Shown here one piece after another: positions 29,940-39,374 of a stretch of 64,000 bases of DNA. The stretch lies in NCBI GenBank assembly GCA_965248445.1, contig CBDFJG010000002.1:834528-898527 (forward strand), read 5' to 3'. Under the pieces are notes generated by a model, which was not told where the DNA came from, ran no database searches, and saw nothing but the letters and a program-made list of their open reading frames with translations. The translations under genes and the position numbers were made by a program. Every line of letters begins with the position of its first letter. The first letter of the stretch is position 1. The DNA comes from Planctomycetota bacterium (GTDB taxonomy: Bacteria > Planctomycetota > JAJSAM01 > JAJVHW01).

Positions 29940-31190
29940 CTACACCTGGAGGCTGTCGCGGCCTGGCGACACGTCTCCCTCATACGGGCGCACGTACACC
30001 TTGAAGCCGTCCGTCGATGCGAACGCCGGCCCGAAGAGGTTCGCGCTCATCGTCCGCGCCCTTGCCACGACGTCGTCGTACGTCAGGACCTGCCGTCCGG
30101 GTGCCTCGGTGTTCATCGCCCGCAGTGTCCGCCGGTTCTCCTTCGAGAGGTCTTGAGAGCGGCCGATCACCACGAGGGACTTCGCGGCGGTGGTCAAGCC
30201 AGGGAGCCCCAGCTCCTCCTGAACCGTCCTCGAGTTGTCTTCGATGTAGCGCCGCCACGATGTGACCTGGCTGCACGCGTGGGTGAGATCTGCTGCCGGA
30301 TCACCCGACCTGATAAACAGGCGCCGCTTGGGGCTCTCCAACTCGACGAGCGTGTAGGCGCCGTCCGATTCTCTAACCACGAAGTCCGACACGCGGTCGC
30401 CGAAGGGCACCTTCGACCGAACCTCGGGGCTCGTCGGGAAGAGCAGCTTGGTGTTCCGACGGATGAACTGGTGGATCGCCTCCTCGTCGGAGTCCGCGAG
30501 CAGTTGCTCCAACTCGTCAATCAGGGCGTTCAACGAGTCGCGTGCACGGCGCGAAGGGTCGAACTGGCTCAGCGACTGTGAGGCGCTGCTCCGATTGTAG
30601 ATCGCGGCCGCAATGTCCTCGAGCGCCCACGCGCGGCCGATCTCCGGCGTCCACTGCGCCGCCGTGGACGGTGTGAACGCGACGACTCGCTGCCAGCCGA
30701 CCGGCAACTGCACAGTTGCGTGCGCGATGAACTCATGCGTCGGGGAGGAGCCTGACCCCAAACAGTGGCCGTACAGGGAGATCGTCAGATCTCGTGAGAG
30801 CTGGAGGAGGCGCCGTGGCGCCCCACGACGACGCCCCGATGGAAGTTCACTGGCAACGAGCACGCGGAAACGCGCGACGTTCCTCTCCCCGATCGACATA
30901 TGCACCTGCACGCCCTCGTCGCCGCCGAGCTGAATGTCGGACGCCCCACAGAGGTGCAGCGTCTGCTCGGAGAGCGATGGAGCGAACGTCTCCGGGGCCT
31001 GCTCGACGGCGACGGCGTCGACCTTCGATTCCTGGAGGTCGGCCGCTCGATCCTCGCGGAGGAACACCACGTCGTTCGCTGCGAAGACGTACGCGTGGAC
31101 TGGATCGGCGAGGTGCGTCGGGAGGCCCTCAACTGCTGCCGAGAACTGCGTCGTTCGGAGTCGGCGCAGTTCCTTGTAGTACGCCGACAT
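29940..31190 (-). CDS. sduA: Shedu anti-phage nuclease (SduA/DUF4263 domain) with uncharacterised N-terminal domain
   Basis: EEAIHQFI, VSDFVV, LVELESP, ACSQVTSW, VVIGRS and VLTYDDVV motifs in Shedu order; likely start ATG 31190 (MSAYYKELRR). Confidence 0.82.
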   Translation of the reverse strand: MSAYYKELRRLRTTQFSAAVEGLPTHLADPVHAYVFAANDVVFLREDRAADLQESKVDAVAVEQAPETFAPSLSEQTLHLCGASDIQLGGDEGVQVHMSIGERNVARFRVLVASELPSGRRRGAPRRLLQLSRDLTISLYGHCLGSGSSPTHEFIAHATVQLPVGWQRVVAFTPSTAAQWTPEIGRAWALEDIAAAIYNRSSASQSLSQFDPSRRARDSLNALIDELEQLLADSDEEAIHQFIRRNTKLLFPTSPEVRSKVPFGDRVSDFVVRESDGAYTLVELESPKRRLFIRSGDPAADLTHACSQVTSWRRYIEDNSRTVQEELGLPGLTTAAKSLVVIGRSQDLSKENRRTLRAMNTEAPGRQVLTYDDVVARARTMSANLFGPAFASTDGFKVYVRPYEGDVSPGRDSLQV

Positions 31191-31443
31191 GGTCGCCCCG
31201 GCAACGCGGCTAAGCCGCCGAGTAGCCGCGCGGACGTTCGGTGCATGCGCACTCGCTGCCTCCGCAAGTGTCAGCGGAGTTCGAGGCGAGATGGTGACCT
31301 GCCTGACTCGGAGTTGGCTTCTGACCATCCCCACATTATCGGGGAACGTGGGGACACTCGCATCGCGACCGCGGACACAACGGCCACCGCGAGGATCTTC
31401 CGAATGCGAGACGCGCGACGAGGGGGCCAAGGCCGTATCGTCT

Positions 31444-31674
31444 CTACGCCCAGGCAGCACCATGGGAGTCCGGCCGTCCTGTCACATGCTCGCGCACGAG
31501 CTCGCGCGTCCCCGCGTCGCACCTCGGGTCCGCGAACATCAGCGCCACGCGGGCGTACAGCGAGTCGCGAAGCGTCAGGTAGACTCGACCCGCGTCCGCC
31601 CGCGTGGCGGGGAGCGAGAGTGTGACAAGCGTCTCCAGGTCGCCCGTAACGTCAGCCCACGCGGCGTCGGCCAT
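31444..31674 (-). CDS. Small hypothetical protein at the end of the late operon
   Basis: 76-aa ORF, ATG 1 bp after the upstream stop. Confidence 0.5.
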   Translation of the reverse strand: MADAAWADVTGDLETLVTLSLPATRADAGRVYLTLRDSLYARVALMFADPRCDAGTRELVREHVTGRPDSHGAAWA

Positions 31675-31675
31675 G

Positions 31676-32122
31676 CTACGGCTTCTGGACCGTGCCCGCG
31701 CCGCCGACGCCCGCCGCGCCGCCCGTGCCCGCGGGGATCGAGGAGGCGTTGCCGCCGTTGCTCGAGTTGGTCTGCGTCGTGATGGAGACCGTGTGAGGTG
31801 CGCCCGCGGCGGCGCGGATCGCGGCGCTGACTTCCTCGGCGGTCCACTTCTGATCGGCGGCGATCTGGAGAATCGCTCCGGCGGTCTCCGACGGCACGGA
31901 GCTCGCGAAGTTCCACACGATCGTGGAGGTGCCGCCGGTCGCGGTCGAGGGCGCCTGGCCCTGCTGGCCGCTCACCGTCTGCGCGAGCTGACCAGCGGTC
32001 GCCGGGGCGCCTCCAGTCGAGGGGGAAACGCCCGCGGGCGTGAGGCCGGCGCAGCCCGGCAGCAGGACGGCCGTGGTAGCGGCGAGTACCGCAAGAAGCG
32101 TGAGTCGGTGGGTGCGGTGCAT
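31676..32122 (-). CDS. Phage lipoprotein (possible spanin-like)
   Basis: AAGGAG RBS, MHRTHRLTLLAVLAATTAVLLPGC lipobox; follows the holin-like gene. Confidence 0.65.
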   Translation of the reverse strand: MHRTHRLTLLAVLAATTAVLLPGCAGLTPAGVSPSTGGAPATAGQLAQTVSGQQGQAPSTATGGTSTIVWNFASSVPSETAGAILQIAADQKWTAEEVSAAIRAAAGAPHTVSITTQTNSSNGGNASSIPAGTGGAAGVGGAGTVQKP

Positions 32123-32133
32123 GGCGGTCTCCT

Positions 32134-32409
32134 TCAGGGCTTGGCTATCGCGGATCGATCGATCCCGTCGCGGACGGCGTCGGCGATGACCTGTCGGTGA
32201 ACGTCGAGGGCTTCGCCGACCTTGCCCAGGACGCGGGTGTTCTCGTTGATGGCGGCGATGGCCGAGGCCTGCGAGGCGTGCGCGGTCTCGGCGATCGCAC
32301 GGATCGTCTGGTCCCGGCGGTCGAGCGCACGCAGGAAGAGCACGACCAGGACGACCAGTACGACGAGCGAAGGCACCTGGCGGGCGGCTTCGGTGAGGAC
32401 GGCTTCCAT
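32134..32409 (-). CDS. Holin-like small membrane protein
   Basis: 91 aa, one TM helix (VPSLVVLVVLVVLFL) and a coiled-coil tail; lysis-module position. Confidence 0.6.
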   Translation of the reverse strand: MEAVLTEAARQVPSLVVLVVLVVLFLRALDRRDQTIRAIAETAHASQASAIAAINENTRVLGKVGEALDVHRQVIADAVRDGIDRSAIAKP

Positions 32410-32412
32410 CGG

Positions 32413-32985
32413 TCAGGCTCCCGTCCTGGCGATCGTCGGCGTGGCGACGAGCGGCCCGAGAAGCGGTGCGGCCGACTTGCGCGGGCGGCGGAACCTCCGG
32501 ACGATCCGGCTGACGTGGGACGGGCAGACGCCGAAGCGATCGGCGATGGCCGCCTGCGTGACGCCGCCTGCGGCGTAGAGACGCCGAATCTCGGCGCGAT
32601 CGGCGTTCGAGAGACGCGCTTGGTGGTGGTCCTCGCCGCGCGGGTACGGGTGCCGCCCCTTCGCGGCCATGTCGCACATGTTGTCCGACTGCGTGCCGAG
32701 GAAGAGGTGGTCGGGTCGAACGCAGGGCGGGTTGTCGCAGGCGTGGCAGACCAGCATCCCCGCCGGGATCAGGCCGCGCGCGAGCTCCCACGCCACGCGG
32801 TGCGCCTGAACGCCGCGCCCTCCGATCGTGAAGGCGCCGTAGCCGCGCGGGTAGCGCCGGCCGGTCCACTCCCAGCAGCCCGCTGTCTTCCGGACACGCG
32901 GCCAGAAGCGCTCGGCGACCGGAACCGTGCGACGCATCAGGCGGCGCGCGTCGAACCCCGGACGGAAGGAGCCTGCCGTCTTCAC
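32413..32985 (-). CDS. Free-standing HNH homing-type endonuclease with C-terminal HTH
   Basis: RFW.RV..GCWEWTG..GYG..AHRVAW..VCHACDNPPCVRPDHLFLGTQSDN; HTH (TQAAIADRFGV..SHVSRIV). Confidence 0.9.
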   Translation of the reverse strand: MKTAGSFRPGFDARRLMRRTVPVAERFWPRVRKTAGCWEWTGRRYPRGYGAFTIGGRGVQAHRVAWELARGLIPAGMLVCHACDNPPCVRPDHLFLGTQSDNMCDMAAKGRHPYPRGEDHHQARLSNADRAEIRRLYAAGGVTQAAIADRFGVCPSHVSRIVRRFRRPRKSAAPLLGPLVATPTIARTGA

Positions 32986-32986
32986 G

Positions 32987-33979
32987 TCACGCTCTCGTGT
33001 GGTGGGGGGTCTGCGCGTAGGCGAGGTCGGCGCGGAAGACGACCGTCCCGCCGGCCTTCCCCGCACCACCCACGGTCTTGCGCCAGATGGTGACGAGCAC
33101 CAGACAGCCTGAGGAGACGGGGTTTCCGGGATCGGTGTGCGCGATCACGAACTCGCTCACATGCGGACCGCCGCCATCGTCGATTCCCTCCGGCGTGGCG
33201 CCGACGTTGGTCACGGCATCGGCGAGCGGCGTCGCGGCCTTCCCGACCTTCTCCTGCCCGGGGATGAGCGTCCGGACCTCGCCGGTCCACTCGATGTCGT
33301 TGCCGGCCAGTTCGGCCTGGTCGAGGACCTGGAAGAGCCGCAGGCGAAGCGGCGAGGCACCCTGCCAGTTCCTCGGGACGACGAAGGCAAGCGTGCGGCG
33401 CTCGGCCACGTCGTCAAAGAGCCAACCCTCGAGCACGCCCTTGCGCTGCTTGGTCGGAGGGTTCGTGGCGTCATTGCCGAGGTCGCCTTCCAGAGCCAGC
33501 TCGACCGTGTCGAAGGAGGCGTCCTGCGTGACGCTCAAGAGCCCCTTCCAGCCGCCCGAGATGAGCCTGTCCGAGAGCCAGACCTCACCGTCCCCGATGC
33601 GGTAGACGAGGAGTCCTGCGTTCGTCGGGGTCGCGGGCGGGAGGGCGTTGCGGTTCTCGAGGCGGAGCGCCAGGTGCTCGAAGGGCTCCGCGCGGTCATC
33701 CACCGGGCTGGGGTCGGCGTTGATGCTCGCCGGCAGCCGGGAGAGCGGGCCCATCGGCTGCCAGGACGCGTTGCCCCCGTCGATGCGCAGGTAACGCATG
33801 ACTCGGTAGGGGGTCTGCGCCGTGTCGATCCAAATCTGCCCCTCCTGCGGGTTGGAGGGCGGGACGGCGCCGGCAAACCCCTGGCGGAGCTTGAGCGTGC
33901 GTCCTTCCAGTTCGAGGAAGGCCACCGGGATCGAGTCCCCGGTCGCCGGGTCGTCGTCGAGCGGGTCCCACGTGGGCAT
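32987..33979 (-). CDS. Putative tail fibre/receptor-binding structural protein
   Basis: FAGAVPPSNPQEGQIWIDT motif typical of fibre/baseplate proteins; position after the tail tip genes. Confidence 0.6.
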   Translation of the reverse strand: MPTWDPLDDDPATGDSIPVAFLELEGRTLKLRQGFAGAVPPSNPQEGQIWIDTAQTPYRVMRYLRIDGGNASWQPMGPLSRLPASINADPSPVDDRAEPFEHLALRLENRNALPPATPTNAGLLVYRIGDGEVWLSDRLISGGWKGLLSVTQDASFDTVELALEGDLGNDATNPPTKQRKGVLEGWLFDDVAERRTLAFVVPRNWQGASPLRLRLFQVLDQAELAGNDIEWTGEVRTLIPGQEKVGKAATPLADAVTNVGATPEGIDDGGGPHVSEFVIAHTDPGNPVSSGCLVLVTIWRKTVGGAGKAGGTVVFRADLAYAQTPHHTRA

Positions 33980-34044
33980 GTTCTCGAGAGTCGAGCGCCA
34001 CGGAGACTCGTTCCACTCGGCCTACGGTGCGGCTCGCGCCCGCG

Positions 34045-35409
34045 CTACGTCCCCAGGGCGTGCCAACAGACGGTCGCGGGGATGGACACACCGGCGCCAT
34101 CGAAGGCTTCGAGATGGCAGCTCGTCGGCGAGATCGCCGTGGCCTCGATCTTCACGCCGAGTGACGGGTTGGGGCCGAGGAGCGTCGCGACCACCGCTGG
34201 TGTGACGGTGAAGGGAGCCGCGAACGTGAGCTCGATGGGCATCCCGCCGGGCAGCACGACGGTGCCTTCGGCCTTGTGGTTGAACTTGCGTCGAACGATC
34301 ACGAGACGGCGGATGCGGACGAACCGCAGCCCGTCGCCTCGGACTGTCACGCGCAGGCGGCAGCGCCAGAAGGTGTAGGTGCCGGGGACGTAAGGCCGCC
34401 ATCCGTCCCACGGGCCCGCGGCGGTCTGGCTGGTGTCGATCTCCACGTCGGCATCCGGCGGGAGAAGCGGCGTGAGCCGCCAGGAGTTCTTCGACGCGAA
34501 GCCCCGCGTGCCGAGGGGGATCGTCGTGCCGTCGCGTTTCCTCGTCGCGCCGAGTGCCGGACGGCGCACGGCACCGAAGGGGAGCGCGGCGTCCACCGGC
34601 TGCTCGATGCCCAGGTCCACCTCCACGCGCTGGTGCTCGACTTGGCCGGTGTCGAACGGGAGCGTCTCGTAGGAGCCCCCGGGCCAGTACGTCGCGAAGC
34701 AGGGCACGCTCTTGAACCAACCGAAGGGTGACGCCGCCGCCCCGAAGTGCTCGGGCAGCCGTTCGAGCCGCAGCGCACCGCCGTCCAACTCGACGTGGGT
34801 CTTCGGGCCTGTCCAACCCTGCGCACCCTCGTCCGCAGTGTCCTCCGTGACGTGGTCGTCGAGCGACTCGATCGTGACGGTGACCGTCGCTGCCGCGCGC
34901 GAGGTGCGCCCGTTCCGGTCCACGGCCTTTATGTGGAGCGTCTGCGAGCCGGAAGAGGACCAGGCCCACGAGTACGGCGAGCTGCTCAGATTCGCGGCGA
35001 CGCGCGCCCCGTCCTCCCAGGTGGACCCCACGCGGATCTCGTGCGTCACCGTCACACCGTCCGAAGGCGCGGCCCAGCGGAACGTCAGGTTCGCACCGTT
35101 CTGGGAGACAGCAAAACCCGTGGGTGTGCCCGGCAGTGCGGGCGTGCCCTCGTCGGCCATCGGGGCCACGCGAACCGTCTCCCACTCGTCCTCGGGGGCG
35201 AGGCCGCCGTCCTCAAGGACGGCGACCGCGGCAAAGGTGTACGCGCGCTCGGGGTGTAGGCCCTCGGCCGCGTACTCCGTCCCCTCCGTGCGGCCGATCT
35301 CCGTCCAACCCGTGCTCCTCTGCTCGCGCTTGAGCACGGCGGTGGTGCCCGACTCTGCGCGCGCCCAGGAGAGAACGACCTCGGCGTAGCGGAGGGTGTC
35401 ATTGCCCAC
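34045..35409 (-). CDS. Fibronectin type III-containing tail protein
   Basis: FN3-like strands (VVLSW..WTEIG..Y..EGL.P..YTFAAVAV; PGTPTGF..LTFRW..IKAVD); start uncertain (GTG 35409). Confidence 0.68.
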   Translation of the reverse strand: MGNDTLRYAEVVLSWARAESGTTAVLKREQRSTGWTEIGRTEGTEYAAEGLHPERAYTFAAVAVLEDGGLAPEDEWETVRVAPMADEGTPALPGTPTGFAVSQNGANLTFRWAAPSDGVTVTHEIRVGSTWEDGARVAANLSSSPYSWAWSSSGSQTLHIKAVDRNGRTSRAAATVTVTIESLDDHVTEDTADEGAQGWTGPKTHVELDGGALRLERLPEHFGAAASPFGWFKSVPCFATYWPGGSYETLPFDTGQVEHQRVEVDLGIEQPVDAALPFGAVRRPALGATRKRDGTTIPLGTRGFASKNSWRLTPLLPPDADVEIDTSQTAAGPWDGWRPYVPGTYTFWRCRLRVTVRGDGLRFVRIRRLVIVRRKFNHKAEGTVVLPGGMPIELTFAAPFTVTPAVVATLLGPNPSLGVKIEATAISPTSCHLEAFDGAGVSIPATVCWHALGT

Positions 35410-35452
35410 GAACTCGAGGGTCCCCTCGTGCGGAGCCTCCCGCCAGGCACCC

Positions 35453-38083
35453 TCACCTGACCCGCGCCCGCAGGTTGGTGACCCGGCGCGGGCGGCGTCC
35501 CCGGCGCGTCGTCCGGCGTCCACGGGCCGGCACCGCTGTGGCCTGCGCGCTCACGGGCACGGTCACCGGCTGGAGCGCATACGCCGAGGACTTCATCACA
35601 CGCCCGGCGTAGCGGACGACGATCTTGCCGTCCTCGTCGCGGCTGACGATCCCGGCCAGGACGCGAACCTTCAGTTCCATCGCATTGGAGCCTGTCGAGT
35701 AGGGCACGCGCGTCTTCACAGTGACGATGTCAGCGGCCTCGATGTGCTGCACGCCGGGGTGCGCTTCCCACGAGCACGGGAACGGGAGCTCGCGCGCCTG
35801 CACGGCCAGATGACGCAGCATCCGCGCGGCCTCGGTCTCGCGCGTGGCGCCGCGCAGGTTCACCTCGCGGATGTTCGTGGGCGTTCCCTCGGGGAGCCCG
35901 TCCACCGGGTAGAGCAGCTCGTCGCACTCGTGCCGGATCGTCTCGTTCCAGAAGGAGCCCTGGATGCCCGACGGCGACTTGCCCCACTCGTCGAGCTTCA
36001 GCACGAACTTCGACATGTTCTGGCCCTGCGGGTCCACGTCGTCCACGAACGTGAAGACCGCCTCGCCGTCCTGGTCGAGCGGGAAGCGCCAGCGCGCGCC
36101 CTGGAGCGTGGCGAAGCAGTAGCCGAGGAAGGCGATGTCGCCGACCGTCTCCATGAGGCTCTGCGGGGTGTCGAAGACGACGTTCAGGCGGCAGCGGCGC
36201 TCGCCGTTGGTGGCGCTCGCGGGCCGCGTTGCGTCATCGCCGGGTCGGTGAACCCAAGCGTCGCAGAAGTCCGCGAAGGCGATCAGGCCGTTGCGCTCCG
36301 CGGGCGAGCCGTTGGCACCAAGGAAGAGGTCCTGGCCGGTGAAGAAGAAGCCCGCCCCGTAGCGTTCGGTCGCCGCTCCTTCGGCTGACGTCACCAGATC
36401 GCGGATCGCCAGCGCGGCGTTCTGGCTGGAGCCGAGGTCCCGCGCCCCGCCCTGAGCATCCGTGCGCGGGTCGTAGAGCTTCGCCCGCCGCGCGATGCAG
36501 GTGACGCGCAGGCTGCCACCCGAGAGGAACGCGCCCGGGCTTCCGCGCAGGCCGAGGAGCGCCGTCCCCGGGTAGCAGAAACCCTCGTGGAGGACTTCGG
36601 TCACGTAGCTGAAGTTGAGCTCGTCCACGACGAGCGGGTCTGTCGGGTGCGCCGTCAACCGCGTGACGCGGACCTCGTAGGCGTCGCGGTCGAACTCCTC
36701 CAGCGCCGTCGTCGCTCCGCTCTCGCCCTCGATCGCGCGCTGGGTCAGCTCGTCCTTGACGTCGATCTCCCAGCGCATCGTGCTCGACCGCTCACCGATC
36801 AGCGTGAAGCTCCCGCCGTCGGCCGACCGGAGCCGCGTCCACGACGACGCGCCGAGCTTGCGATACTCGACGCGGACCTCGACTTGGACGGCGCGCGTTC
36901 CGCCGTCGTCCTTGTAGTGGATGAGCCCGCCCGGAGCGGTCAGGCCGATGCGCAGGTTGTCCGCCTCGCGTCCGGACGTGGAGTAGCTGACGGGGTTGCT
37001 GCGCTTGAGCACACCGTCCGTGGGGTTCCTGGACTGCTCGAGGTCGGTGAAGCCCTCGATCGGCTGCTGGTCGAGTGTGCCCGGACGCCACGCGATCTTG
37101 AGCTTGCCGAACGCGGTCGTGCGGTAAGTCGCGGTGACCTTCTTCCCGTTGCCAGGCGCTTTGCCGAAGAGCACCTTGGTCACGCCGCGCGCGTTCTGCG
37201 TGAACGCGATTCCGTCCGCCTCCAGGTACTCGTAGGCGACGCGCACCGTGAAGCCTGTCGGCGGCCGGCGCTTGAAGCGGATCTTCATCCGGTGCCGCGC
37301 GAGCTTCTGCGCGCTCCAGCGGTAGACGCCCACGCCGCGCAGCTGCTCGAACTCGGGCACTCCCGGTCCCCGGACGAAGACACGCAGCGTGCGGCCAAGC
37401 AGGCGGTCGCGGCGGTCGTCGCGACGCACGTTGAACTTGAGCTTGGGGCGCGGCAACGGCAGGCCGGTGAGCGGGTCATACGTCACGGGAGGCGGCGCGG
37501 GGACGGTGAACTCCGCGCTCGCCGACCCCGTCATCCACGCCTTCTTGACGCCGTCCACGAAGACCTCGGCGCCCGGCATCTCGTCGTCCCCGAGCACGAC
37601 CCAACGGTGCGGGAACGTGAACGTCTTGCGGTTCCCGTTGCCGCGCCCGATCTGCTCCTCGCGCTCCTGGGACAGCACCTCGCGGTCGTTGATGCGGATC
37701 TTGGTGATGTCCGCGATCTCGCCCTCGGCGACGATGCCGAGCCAGCGGAACTCCTGGCGGCGGGTGTTGCGGATGTCGCCCGGCGAGACGCCCTCGATCG
37801 CCTCGGTGACCGACTCGTTGATCACGACCGGCTTGATGGTGTGCTCGCCGTAGAGGATGGGGATGTGGGCCTCGGGACCGCGCGGGTTGTCGAAGCGGTC
37901 GATCCCGTAGGTGGGCGAGTCGCGGAGCTGTTTCTGGCGGGGCGGCGTGGGCGTCAGGGCGGTGCCGGCGATCGTCGCGGTGCCCGACACGATGAGCGGA
38001 ACGCCGAAGGGCGTGGCGATGAGGAGGATGCCCGCGATGATCTGGATCGCGCCGAGGACGTAGCCGAGGGTCTTGCTCGCCAC
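35453..38083 (-). CDS. Tail tip / host-specificity protein (lambda gpJ-like N-terminal part)
   Basis: Hydrophobic N-terminus, SPTYG, IPILYGE, AEGEI, YEVRVTRLT, YPGTALLGL and SSQNAALAIRDL motifs. Confidence 0.8.
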   Translation of the reverse strand: MASKTLGYVLGAIQIIAGILLIATPFGVPLIVSGTATIAGTALTPTPPRQKQLRDSPTYGIDRFDNPRGPEAHIPILYGEHTIKPVVINESVTEAIEGVSPGDIRNTRRQEFRWLGIVAEGEIADITKIRINDREVLSQEREEQIGRGNGNRKTFTFPHRWVVLGDDEMPGAEVFVDGVKKAWMTGSASAEFTVPAPPPVTYDPLTGLPLPRPKLKFNVRRDDRRDRLLGRTLRVFVRGPGVPEFEQLRGVGVYRWSAQKLARHRMKIRFKRRPPTGFTVRVAYEYLEADGIAFTQNARGVTKVLFGKAPGNGKKVTATYRTTAFGKLKIAWRPGTLDQQPIEGFTDLEQSRNPTDGVLKRSNPVSYSTSGREADNLRIGLTAPGGLIHYKDDGGTRAVQVEVRVEYRKLGASSWTRLRSADGGSFTLIGERSSTMRWEIDVKDELTQRAIEGESGATTALEEFDRDAYEVRVTRLTAHPTDPLVVDELNFSYVTEVLHEGFCYPGTALLGLRGSPGAFLSGGSLRVTCIARRAKLYDPRTDAQGGARDLGSSQNAALAIRDLVTSAEGAATERYGAGFFFTGQDLFLGANGSPAERNGLIAFADFCDAWVHRPGDDATRPASATNGERRCRLNVVFDTPQSLMETVGDIAFLGYCFATLQGARWRFPLDQDGEAVFTFVDDVDPQGQNMSKFVLKLDEWGKSPSGIQGSFWNETIRHECDELLYPVDGLPEGTPTNIREVNLRGATRETEAARMLRHLAVQARELPFPCSWEAHPGVQHIEAADIVTVKTRVPYSTGSNAMELKVRVLAGIVSRDEDGKIVVRYAGRVMKSSAYALQPVTVPVSAQATAVPARGRRTTRRGRRPRRVTNLRARVR

Positions 38084-38086
38084 GAC

Positions 38087-38719
38087 TCACTCCACCCGGA
38101 GCGCGCGCGCGTCGGCGGAGGTCGGGAACCCCCCGAACCGCAGCGGCTCGCCCTCGTAGTGCTTGCGGCAGTCCTCGCGAGTCCTCGCGCAGGTCGGCAG
38201 ATCGCCGACGTAGCCACAGTGCTCGCCTCGATAGATCCAGCGGCAGCGCAGGCCCTGCAGCGTGCGGTCGGGGACGCGGATCTCCTCCGCCGGGAAGACG
38301 CCCAAATCGAACGCCACCGCCTCGCGCCCGATGAACGAGTAGGCGTTCACGAAGAAGACCCACTCGATGACCAGGTCGTCGGGCGTGGCGCCCGCGAGCA
38401 GCGTGCGGCTCGCCTGCCGGATCGTGCAGCGCCGGCCTCGGAGGTCCTCGCCGCCCGCGTCGGGGTGGCAGAGCGGCCCGAGTACGCCGTCCGCGTTCTG
38501 CAGCACCATCTGAAGTGCGGGGATCTCGCGCTCAGCCGACTCCTGGATCTCGCCGAACGCCCCGCCCGTCGCCTCGAACGTGAGGTCGTTCCAGACGCGT
38601 GACTCGGTGTCGATCGCGTACCGAAGCGGCGTCGTCTTGCGCTCGATCTCGACCAGCGCCACGAGGTCGAGCTGGTCGCCTTCCAGCAGCGCGAGCAGTG
38701 CGGGGCTCTTCTGTCTCAC
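38087..38719 (-). CDS. Minor tail protein L-like (hub) with Cys cluster
   Basis: CRWIYRGEHCGY..CARTREDC..RFGGFP four-Cys motif as in lambda gpL. Confidence 0.82.
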   Translation of the reverse strand: MRQKSPALLALLEGDQLDLVALVEIERKTTPLRYAIDTESRVWNDLTFEATGGAFGEIQESAEREIPALQMVLQNADGVLGPLCHPDAGGEDLRGRRCTIRQASRTLLAGATPDDLVIEWVFFVNAYSFIGREAVAFDLGVFPAEEIRVPDRTLQGLRCRWIYRGEHCGYVGDLPTCARTREDCRKHYEGEPLRFGGFPTSADARALRVE

Positions 38720-39372
38720 AGGACGTTCGGGGTCTCGGCGTAGCTCCAGCCGGGCCCCGCCTCGCGCAGTTGGACGGACACGGTGCGGTCAACGAGTGCG
38801 TCGCCCACGGCACCGCCCGTCGCGAGCTCCTGATCGTCGGGGAGGTCGTCCCCCTCGAAGCGCACCGGGACGTAGAAGTCGTAGGCGAGCGTGACCGTCG
38901 CGCCCGTGCCGGGTGCGGTAACGAAGCGGACGACGAGCTTCGTGGACGTGCCGAGCACGTACGCGCCGCCCGACTCGTTCGCCACCGAGTAGTGGACGCC
39001 AAGCGTCTGCAGGATGCCGTCCTTCCGCACGACGAGCGTCGCGGTATCCACGTAGCGCCGCGTCGCGTCGAAGTCCTTCTGCGTCGCGCTCTCGACAGCC
39101 GGCGCGTCGATCATCGCTTTCGCGCCGGGGTTCTGTGGCTGGTAGAGGAACGCGTCGTAGCCACCGAAGCGCGCGTTCCAGAACGCTTCGAAGTCCTTGT
39201 AGGTGCCGCCCTTGTTCGGGAAGAGCAGCGAGCCGCGCACGGCCAGCTCGCCCGCAGCGTGGACCTTCTGCAGCGTGCGTCGTCCGCCGCCCTGCTCGTG
39301 CACCACGTTGCGGAACGCCTGGTACTCGCGGAAGCCGCGCCGCAGGAAGACGAAGGGGAAGATCGTCGCCAC
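38716..39372 (-). CDS. Distal tail protein, DUF2460-like
   Basis: FEAFWNARFGGYDAFLY, FVTAPGTGATVT and FYVPVRFEGDDL motifs; directly after the tape measure gene; GTG 39372. Confidence 0.75.
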   Translation of the reverse strand: MATIFPFVFLRRGFREYQAFRNVVHEQGGGRRTLQKVHAAGELAVRGSLLFPNKGGTYKDFEAFWNARFGGYDAFLYQPQNPGAKAMIDAPAVESATQKDFDATRRYVDTATLVVRKDGILQTLGVHYSVANESGGAYVLGTSTKLVVRFVTAPGTGATVTLAYDFYVPVRFEGDDLPDDQELATGGAVGDALVDRTVSVQLREAGPGWSYAETPNVL

Positions 39373-39374
39373 CC

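Noticed and set aside
31195..31240. attC-like end upstream of the Shedu gene
   Set aside because: Weak resemblance only, with no complementary R'' box after the stop.
32987..38083. Diversity-generating retroelement or invertible tail-fibre switch
   Set aside because: No reverse transcriptase, TR/VR pair or invertase is visible.
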